Shown here one piece after another: positions 40,264 to 50,425 of a DNA stretch of 64,000 nucleotides. The stretch covers positions 806,001-870,000 of the forward strand of contig NEEC01000024.1 in NCBI GenBank assembly GCA_002189035.1. Direction: 5' to 3'. The stretch is from Utricularia gibba (lineage: Eukaryota > Plantae > Magnoliophyta). Both the position numbers and the translations under genes were made by a program. The first letter of the stretch is position 1. Each line of letters opens with the position of its first letter. Under the pieces are notes generated by a model that was not told the origin of the DNA, ran no database searches, and saw nothing but the letters and a program-made list of their open reading frames with translations.

Positions 40264-42173
40264 ATGTTCAACTTCGAAGCACTACATATTTTCTGTAGAT
40301 TTATTGATTAATGTGGATTAAGATTTTATAAATTTCACTTGAGGTGAAAAATAATAATATTTCAAAACAATTTGGGTATTTTGTTTATCAACCCATCACA
40401 ACAACATAATTATCAAGCAAATAATATTAATTTAATTCATGAAACTTCTCAAGCTGGAGACTCATCAAGAGATCATGATGATGTCTCAATTACCAATGTT
40501 CAAATTCGTATATTATTATAGCAACTTCAAAAGAAAAATGCAAATATTCCATTGGTCCTTTACAATCCATCCTCATTGATAGAAAATTCAAGTAACTTTA
40601 TAGATAAAATTATTCAACATATTATTTATTCACACATGATTCACTTTATTGATAACTCAAAAGTATGGATCGATAATTCGAGCGCAAATATGTGTAATTT
40701 TCTTTACACCCTGAATTTCGCAATATGTTTTATATGTCTTTGATTTATATATACCATTATCTTTATATATAATCCTACAACACAAAATTCAATTTATGTA
40801 GTACACTTAACCAAAATCTCATTCAAGACTATAAGGTTTCAAATACGATTAGATGAGATGAACAACAAGATACTTTGTACTTTTTTCAAACTACACCACC
40901 AACACCATCAATTTATTTTGCCTACCCATTTGATAAAACTTGAAATATTTGATGATTTGATTCAATCAATGGCTTTGCCAATGGCTTTTGCTGGTAATGT
41001 TCATACTCATGATATGTTTAATCTTCGGCATTATAGATTAGGACATTTGGGACAGTAAATTTTCATGAAAATTATGCAAGTAAATGAATATAGAGATAAA
41101 TTACTTTATTTATTTATTAATTAATAGCATTTGTTTTTATCTCTCAAAATTGAGAAAAAAATAATAAATATGTGTTTATTATATAATAAATAAATAATAT
41201 AGACGAATAAAGATATTATTAAAAATGTTTTATTTTTTAAAATAAACATTAAATTGCGTTAGCAATAAAAAAAAATTATAAAAGTAACATATTTACAAAC
41301 GATCAACTTTGATACAGGAATTTTACAAAATAATTTTGCTTAGAAAAAATTACTTAGACAGGTATTCCACAAACGCACCGGCCAAGATGCATCCAAATTT
41401 TTTATTTGTCTTTTTTGTTATTTTTTAATATGAAAATCGTCGGTTGAGTCGTTGACATTATCTCAGTACCGGACAATAAATGCGTATCCATACAGGCGTC
41501 GGCAATCCAACAGTAGGGTGACATTTGAGAGAATGGTCCACCGTTGGCATATGTGGATTGTGGTAGTCTTTTCGCGATGACGGCGACTGAAATGGCCCAC
41601 GCGGCCGACTGCCATTGGGTTCCGCTGTTTTCGCTAGATATTTCAGGTCCTCCGGTGTGGGAAGAAACCTCCAAGATATTCATAATTAAAACAAAATTAC
41701 TGAACGAGATTCCTTCTTTAAATACAGGTCGAGTTCTCAAGTTTGCTTCGTGGAGAATCCTTTTACTTGGTTATTAGGATAAAAAAAGTGTGATTCGGGT
41801 TTCGTGTTCTCCTAGGTGTTCATTTGTTTTCGAGGGTGAGTTTTATTTCTTGCTGTCATGTCTTAGCACCTTGATCATGATCACTTTCTTGGTCCTTCTA
41901 TGTGGGCTGCTATTCAAGAAATTGGGGGCGATATAAATCCACAAGAATTGGAGAAGTTTCCAGAAGAAGATCGTTTCTTTTTACAGTGTGTTTTCAAAAA
42001 CTGACAACCAACTTCCCTGGTCATTTATTGAAAACGGCTGGCAGCTATTTGAGTTCAGATGCTTCAATTTATTAACAATCTACAAATGTTTGAGCTTGTT
42101 CTTTTCTGGGTTTAAAGTCAAATATTAACTAGAATTTCTTTTGTTTCAGTTGAGTGCTTGCTTTCTTTTTTCC

Positions 42174-43771
42174 ATGGCTGTGAAAAGAAATGGACTGCTC
42201 GAAGGCAGATTCCCTGCAGAATTGATGAACCTGCTGCTAACTATTGCATCACAATGGGGGATGTGATTGAGAAAACTGATTTGAAGGTAGTTCATCTTAG
42301 TGGGGCTATGACGAATGAGGTTTATGCCATTAGCTGGCCAACGAAAACTGGAAACACTCGAAGGACGGTTTTGATTCGTGTATATGGTGAAGGAGTTGAT
42401 CTGTTGTTCAACAGGAATGACGAAATTCAAACATTTGCTTGTGTATCAACTCATGGCTCTGGACCAAAGCTTCTTGGCCAGTTCAAAGGTGGGAGAGTTG
42501 AGGAATTCATTCATGCGAGGGTATGTGAATCTTCATTCTGAAGTATCTGTTTTTGTGAACTACGGTTGCGTTTTTCATGAAGCTGTATTACAATTTTACT
42601 GCCTGGGAGGCATCTTGCTTGTTTAAAAGCGTACATCATGGTCCTGTGGATTCATGCAGACCTTATCAGCACCCGATCTCCGTGATCTAGAGATTTCATC
42701 TCTCATAGCAGCAAAAATGAGGGAGTTCCATGGCATCAGCATGCGCGGTTCCAAATCCCCTGTCATCTGGAACAGACTCAGGTGAATTCTCAGTCATTCC
42801 AGACGATCCACTTGGTTTTCAAATTGTGATTGACTCTGTTGTTTGTGTAGAAACTGGCTTAGGGAGGCTAAGATTCTGTGCACTCTTCATGAGGCAGAGG
42901 AGTACAACTTGAATCTCTTGGAAACTGAAATTGCTTTGTTGGAGAAAGCAACTTCAAGTAGACCACAAGAAGTTGGTTTTTGTCACAATGATTTGCAATA
43001 TGGCAACATCATGATAGATGACAACAAAAGATGCATCACTCTGATTGTAAGCCATTTTCAGCTCTCCTTCTATTAGCCTTACGCATTCAATTAGAATTCT
43101 CAAACTTGCTACAGGACTATGAGTATGCGAGTTACAACCCCATCGCATTCGATATTGCAAACCATTTCTGTGAAATGGCTGCAAATTATCACACTGACAC
43201 ACCCCACATTCTTGATTACAACAAGTACCCTGGTGAGTGAATCATGTGTATCCACTTGGTTCATGAACGCATGTGCTGCGCTATGCTGAACCACACCTAC
43301 TAAGAACGTGAACTCAACAGGTCTGGACGAACGCTGCAGATTCGTAAGGCAATACCTCACTTCAGCAGGTTGGTTTCCAAACACCACACCGATCACTGAA
43401 TCGGTTTGACAGCATTTTTTTATCTAATCATAGAAAACATTAAATCTTGACGCATTGGCTGAGAGGAGATGCTATTTTTCAATGTTGTAAACAACAGGGA
43501 GTGAACCCAGCCACACAGAAGTCGAGCAACTGATCGATGATGTGGAGAAATACAGCCTTGCAAGCCACATCTTGTGGGGACTCTGGGGGTTATCTCGGTA
43601 AATGAAATGCATGTCGACTCAATGCTGATACTGAATCCCTCCCATAACATGCATCATATGTCTTGCTTGTTGCAGGCGCGTGTGAATGATATAGACTTCG
43701 ATTATGCGCAGTACGCGAAGCAGAGGTTTGAGCGGTACTGGTCGACAAAGCAGCAGATCCTTCATGTGTAG
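42174..43771 (+). CDS. Choline/ethanolamine kinase, 7 coding exons; as assembled it has two -1 frameshifts in G runs
   Basis: [35 protein letters not shown] (Brenner motif) and [22 protein letters not shown]. Exons 42174-42520, 42660-42781, 42851-43046, 43115-43232, 43321-43368, 43498-43597 and 43676-43771. Confidence 0.93.
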
Positions 43772-44925
43772 GAACAAAGAAAGGAGGTTTAAGAGACCAA
43801 CTGACAGAATACCATGTATGTCACTAGGGCTGGATAAATGCACCAGTACACTTGTAATGTCTCTACAATGTGAAGCTGATCTTCATTCAATACAGAAGTA
43901 ATGGCAGTTGAATCTGCCTATTGTATGCACATTATGTTTGGCGTTTGAGATGCATTCTGCTTTATGTACAAAAACAAGGCTCCGCACTTAACGAAGGAAA
44001 CAACTTCAGGAAAATCTTGTTACTCAAGACTCTCCAGGATTCATCATTCTACACAGAAATGAGTCCATCAACTAAAGAAGGGTTACTTTGAATAATAATC
44101 ATTTTTTTATTTTTCAAATTTGAAAAATAATCATCATTTTAATTTTTCTAAAAAATGAACATCTCAAATAGAACTTTTTAAATTAAATGATTTTACCTAA
44201 ATTTAAAAATTAGATAAATTCATCAATAATACATTTATATTTTACATTTTATTTTGAATTTTAAAATTGAGATAAATAACACTAAATATATTATCTCAAT
44301 GCTAAAATAAACGATTTTATATTTATTATCTTTATTTTAATCATATTTTCAAAATTAGTGACAAATTTACTATTTTTTGTATTAATCTATACAATATCAA
44401 AAAATATTATAAAATACATAAGTTATACCGGTCAATTATTATACCTCTTAGGGCGCGTTTGGTTGCTGAGTTTAAGTGGGTTGCGGCGTGAGTTTAGATA
44501 TAAACCCATGTTTGGTTCGTGGGTTTCAGGTGAGTAAAAATAAACCCATTTGTTGACCATAAACCGGGCGGGAACTCGTGGAGTTGGGTTTAGCTAAACC
44601 TAGGGGGGAGGGGGGTCGGTTTAACTAAAACCCAGGTCGGCACTTCCATTTTTGCCCTCGCATGAACTACATTTGAACGCAGATCTACAACCCAGATCTA
44701 CATTCTTGATTTGTCGATGGCGAAGCATGTTCTTTAGTGCAAAAAGGGTGGGTCTTTCCTTAAGTATGATTTCTGTTCTTTGTGGGTTGGTCCACGGTGA
44801 CACTGCGAAGGCCAACTATAGCAGCACCGCATAGTGGGTTTTTATCTGTAAATTTCCAATTTCAGAATCTATAGTGCTGTGTGTGTGGATTTATTTTGCT
44901 CGATTTTTGCGACTGTTGAGGGGAC

Positions 44926-46271
44926 ATGGATTTTTTCACGGAAGGTCATGTCATCTTGAGTGCGGCAGTGGCAGTTTTGACCGAATACTTGGTGCAAATG
45001 AATGTGTTAGTATACTTACATTGGAAGAAATGCCGTATGGGATATAGGGTGAGACGCAGGTATTCACTTACACACAAGATTCTTAGACAAGTTGAGTATA
45101 TTAGTAGGTTGGTGAGTGATGTGAATAGCGCATCCATTAAGAATTTGAGAATCAGCCGAGATGCCTTGGGTATTTTATGTAGCCTATTAGAAAATCATTC
45201 TAACTTAAAGACTGGAAAATATGTAACGGTACTAGAGATGGTTTGCATGTTTTTAGGAATATTAGGTCATCATAAAAAAATGCGGGTGCAAAAGCATGTA
45301 TACGGGAGGAGCACCGAGACACAGTCTCGATGCTTTCAAAAGGTGTTGCATGCGGTGCTTTGCCTCCATGAGGTGCTGTTAGAGAGCCTAGTAGTTGATG
45401 CAGAACGTGCATCAGAAGGAAAGTTTAAACACTTCCAGGTTGACACATCTTTCATGCTTCTTTTAACGAATGTGTATCCTAAAATTGATTATACATTTGC
45501 AGGGTTGTGTTGGGGCCATAGATGGTACATACATCGGTATACGAGTTAACAAATGTGATGCTACAAGGTACAGAAATCGAAAGGGGGTGATATCCACCAA
45601 CGTGTTAGGTGTATGTGATGAACATATGAAATTTATATATCTGCTTGTTGGGTGGGAGGGGTCTGCTACAGATAGTCGGGGTGCTAAACGATGCACTCTC
45701 ATGATCCGACGGCTTCCGTGTACGCCCAAGTATTTCACTTGTTTAGCCCGTGCGCATGTGATTCCAATGATTTTATGCACCATGTATACGTGATGACACA
45801 GAAACATATTACCTGTGTGACAATGGATACGCCAATAGGGAGGGCTTTTTGGCACCATACCGTGGAGTTTGTTACCGTGTGAAGGAGTGGGGACAGGGAA
45901 ATGGAGCACCCTAGAATGCGAAGGAGCTATTCAATATGCAGCATGCATCAGCCAAAAATGTGATCGAATGAGCTTGGGGCTTGATGAAGATGCAGTGGGG
46001 TATACTACGGGCAGCTAGCTACTATTCGGTAGACACACAGAACCGCATTGTATTGGCATGTGCTTTGCTCCATAACCTCATTCGAAAGGAGATGGTGGTC
46101 AATCCCCTGGAGGATTAGGTCCCATTGGACTTTCATGATGAAGCTAGGGACACGAGTGATACAGAAGACGTCACGACATCTGCCGGAGGCAATCAGGCAT
46201 GGAATAGTTGGTGTGACCAGCAAGCTGAGGGGATGTACACCAAGTGGCTGGCATCCCGCAGACGCCGCTAG
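44926..46271 (+). pseudogene. PIF/Harbinger DDE transposase pseudogene (3 exons)
   Basis: GCVGAIDGTYI, RYRNRKG..STNVLGVCD, VGWEGSA.DSR, YYLCDNGY, GFLAPYRG and NVIE motifs. +1 G at 45678-45681. Stops at 45702, 45912 and 45969. Confidence 0.93.
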
Positions 46272-47117
46272 TGTAGCAATGCTTTAGACATTGTCATGCT
46301 AGTGGTTTTCCTAAATTCCCGTTCAAAACCTATCAAGTCGTTTGTACTGGATTTGCTAAGCACAACTGTTTGCATTGCAAAGTCACAGCAATTTAAGCTC
46401 TAGTTGATACTCCATCTTGAACACCTGTTTCCATTGTATTTGGTGGTTGCTGCAAAAATTGTTGGGATTGTACCGTAGTGTCATGTCTTACCATGGGGTA
46501 ACATTGTACCACATGGTGGATCATTGGAGCCAACACCGCGATCCTCAGACGAGGTTCTACGGAGGCTTCTACGACACCAAAGTTGTTAGCAGCACCATGT
46601 GTTTCATCGTATCTGGTGCTGTCAAAAATTAAAAAGTAGATGAGTGTGAAGTTGGTGCATAGTAGTGAGGGTATTTGGTAGTTCAACGATGCGCCATTTT
46701 ACTCTACATCGCGATCCGTAAAATCAGGTGCTTCTAAACGCATGGGCTATGCTGTGCACACCACTGCACCGCGTGCTTTGTAATCTGGTGCTCTGAGTTT
46801 TAATAACAAATTGGCATAAAATATTGCAGTTATTCAGCATTAAATGAGTTGGGCGGTTGACAACTGCCCAAACCGCCCAGCGCTATTAATACCCCCCTGC
46901 GCACAATAAAGGCACCTGACATTGAACACTTTCCAAAACAGTTTCATTAATTCCGCCCATCCAACTCCACCCTTTCGACAACCACGCAGCAGCACTGCGA
47001 AGACAGTCTCATTGACAACCTCTCAAGAACAACGTCCCGATGGTAGGATTTATTTGCCCTAAGCGTTTCAAATTCTTCGTTGCCATCGTCAAGTAAGTTT
47101 TCACTTGTTTTCCATAG

Positions 47118-48913
47118 ATGTTGACGTGTGAGAAACTACGTGCCCGCTTCTCAATTCCCGACGGTTACGCTATGTGGAATAAACAACCGGGTGAAACGTT
47201 CGATGGCGAACCGCCATGCAGAGTTGGAGCATCGGGATTCGCCATTAGCACTGAGCACTTTCGGTGTGGATTGTGACTACCCCCGCCCCCTTTCTTGGTG
47301 CAGATACTTGCTGCACTCCAGATCCCACTCTCCCACCTCACACCACGTTCTGTGGTGCACGTACTCGCATTTATGTACATCTGTGAAGAGGAGGATATAC
47401 CCCCGGAAATGCGTGTCTTCTTTGCTGTTTCTGTTTGTGTGCAATGTAAGGGGAGTCCGCACTATTCGCTTCATGGAAAACCTGGAGTGGTTCTGGTTAT
47501 AGACGTGAGAAGCACATATGATGATTGGTGGACTAGTTTTGCATGGGTATGCCCACCCACCGCTACAGAATGGCCAACAACATTGAGAGTTTCAGAGAAT
47601 GTCGGACACTCATCAGGTGATCACAAACAATTACTTCGGATATTCTAATAGTACTCATGCTTTTTGCTGTTGTCATTGTAGGTATAGAGGTATTGTCAAA
47701 CGTGCAGCAAGGAGGTTTGTGAATTTGTTCTCTTGCAGAATAAAGTCACTGGAGGACGTATTGCCCCCCTTTCTGAATGCCCCTAGGAACAGCATCTGTG
47801 GTGTGGAACCCCTCGACATCGTAAACAACGTAGGAGTACGAATGAAGATCTTGAGGAGGTGACCCATGAAGAGGATGAAGATGTGCAGCCAGAAGTCAGG
47901 GGCAACACGGATGGGCCAACATCGATCTGGACACATGACGATGGGTGCGGTGCTGCCACTGCAAAGTATATCGAAGTGGAGAGACTGTACGCAGAGAATC
48001 TTGAACTCTGTGGTCGGCTTGCATGGTATGAACAAAGGTGGCCATATGGTGGAGTGTCGAGTGATAACACAGCCCCACCACGAAAGTTGTTAATATTTGA
48101 CGTGAATGGCGTACTTGCGCACATTGTGCATCCTCGCAAAGTCAGGTGGCAAGTGCTGAAGCTGGATGCCGTCATCTACGGGCGAAATGGTAATGTGGTT
48201 TATTTGACTCGCATTTAATATTTGGGGTATGTGTTAGTACTATTTCTTGTGGTTGTAGTGTATCTTCGACCAGGTGCACGTGAGTTGATACAGTTTTGCA
48301 TGGAGCACTTTGACGTCGCCATATGGTCTTCAAGAGGACGGTAAGATTGACCACCTTGGTGGCAAGAGGATCCGCATTCTTGCTGACATTTTTTTTTTTT
48401 GACAATATGTGTTAGTGAACAATTGCACGATGTGCTTCAGTGGTTACTAGGGCCTGCAGTAGCCATCAAGCTCGTCTTCCAATGGGATGGATCCAGGTGT
48501 GTGGACACAGGTTATCCGATGCACGACAACAGGAACAACATGGTTAAGCTTAAGCTTTTGAATCATGTATGGGGCATCAACACCGAGTTCAAGGGCAAAT
48601 ATCACCGTCTTAATACGCTACTCATTGATGATGCATCGTGCAAGTCACTACACAACCCGGTGAGTTTCTGGTCACGCCCATTCTCCACCATCTTGCATCC
48701 GATGATTGTTTACTTTCATTGGACAGCCCAAAAATGCCATATTCCCAACCACCTTCAAGTACACCGCTGGTTCGAGGGGGAGATATTAGGTCGTTCTTGG
48801 AAGCTCTCGTTGACAACATGGATGTACCCATGCACATCGATCGCCGTCGGGTAGGTCAACGTCCAATAGACAAGGAACACCCATTGTGGAAGCATTACAA
48901 GACTATTGTGTAA
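47118..48913 (+). pseudogene. Transposon-borne chimeric gene: PF04195-like N-terminus, acidic/coiled-coil linker, HAD/NIF (FCP1/SCP-like) phosphatase domain
   Basis: N-terminus LRARFSIP..F.CGL*LP.PPFL..IL..LQIPLSHLTPRSV..VLAF..ICE...IPP.MRVF..Y..W. C-terminus KLLIFDVNGVL, VYLRPG..ELIQFC.EHFDVAIWSS, FQWD..RC.DTG, NTLLIDDA..KSLHNP and GGDIRSFLE.L..VGQRPI..W..Y. GT-AG introns. One stop at 47274 and at least one frameshift. Confidence 0.82.
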
Positions 48914-49380
48914 TCGATGATGCACCTTTGAAATTGCATGGATCTTGCGTGAACTATCATATGCTGACCTTGTTAGTTTTTGATCGACCACTGATCATGG
49001 TGGAACCGCATGTTGTAACATCCGGTGCCATCACTAGATTTGAAACCTTGGGTCTAGACGTGGTGCTTCGTAATATGCAACACCAACGCAATGCTAGTCC
49101 ATCACTACTCGATAGCACCGCACTGAATGTGGTGGTAGTTGCAGCACCGCATTTGTGGAAGAGTGCTCAAGAACGAAGCACCGCGCTTGTTCATATGCGG
49201 TGCTTCCACATACAAAGTCAGAACACTCTCTACCCTTCGCAGTGCTCATACTAGTTACATGTAGTCATCCTTCGCCTATATTTTCATGTGAAATACCATA
49301 TATTTGCTTAAAGGATGATTAGAAGATGAAAAACATCTAGTCCATGAGTCCAACATAAGGCGAAGCACCGCACAATAGAT

Positions 49381-50425
49381 TTAAGATGTACATTCGGATG
49401 CTAAACCACACACAATAAGCTCTCTTTCACAGTCGCTAGAGGCAAGGAAGTAGCGCAACCTCGCAGGGTTGGAACTAATCATCTCTGCTATGGTAAAACG
49501 TTCGATGGCAGTTAATTGCAACGGCATACCTCTAATGATCTCCCCTGCCTGACGCTGATTGTCCACCAACTCCTGCGCTTGCTGCACCACTGTTAATCCC
49601 AAGTGACGTAGCTCTTCGCATGTGCGCACGTTCAGCTCCTTCATTTCTTTGATGAACTGCACATCATCATCGATTCCCCTCGGTCCCCTACCATTTCGTC
49701 CAGTCCGCCGCGACGAGTCAGTGCTGTTGTGTGACTTAGAGTGCCTACTAGGTGTGACGTTCACACCCTCTGCAGCACAATCAATTGGGTCACAAGGTGT
49801 GTCAACATACGAGAAGTTCATATCCTGTCTAGTGCTATCCAGGTCCAGAGGGCAATCCGAAGAGACTTCCAGATTCTCCCCAACATCTTCCGTGAATTTC
49901 CTCTTCCTGGTCGCGGCTACATAGCTCATTGTTCTATCTCCTGTAGCCCGATCCTTTCCAAAGATTTCCTACCACTCCATGTAATACGGCCACGATTTGT
50001 GTCTTAGGACGCGCAGCCTGGGAGCATGCTGACATAAGAACACGGTAAGCACCGGATATAACATAGCGAGAATAGGGCATACGTACCTGATCAATCTCCT
50101 TCCAAACCTCCTCGTCTGCGGTGTTGGACAGCTCACTGAAACCGGTGCCCGACCTTGATAAAAAATCTATAAGGAGGTAGTAGTCTTATTTCCAGGTATG
50201 CACCTTGCTAGATATATGCGGGTGTGAGCGGATGTCGGTTTTAGGGCAGAGTTTCAAGAACTCTGTCTCCAACGCTCGGTGATACCCACCCCTAAAACCA
50301 TTCTCGATTTTCCAACCTTCTTTCACTATCTACTTCAAAGCGTGCAACAAGTCTTTCTCCTCATCTGGCTTTTAGGCGCATTTTGTTTTTTTGTGAGAGT
50401 CTTCCACCACGATTGGGCTGTGCAT
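49381..50425 (-). pseudogene. PIF/Harbinger Myb/SANT-like ORF1 pseudogene (exons ~50425-50087 and 50028-49381)
   Basis: KPDEEKDLLHAL..GWKIENGFRGGY..LE..PHISSKVHTWK..SG.GF, then KSWPYY.EW.EIFGKDRATG. C-terminal LT..ER..AEMI..P.RL.YF. Several stops. Confidence 0.88.

Larger units (their letters stand above)
36430..41058 (+). pseudogene. Highly decayed Ty1/copia relic (gag ~36430-37100; protease and GAG-pre-integrase ~40300-41058), interrupted by a solo LTR
   Basis: LNYYSWVKAMRRGLSIQEKLGFI and YYTMLGRLWEEL resemble copia gag. VWIDNSSANMC resembles WIIDSGA. RHYRLGH resembles LWH.RLGH. Confidence 0.65.
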
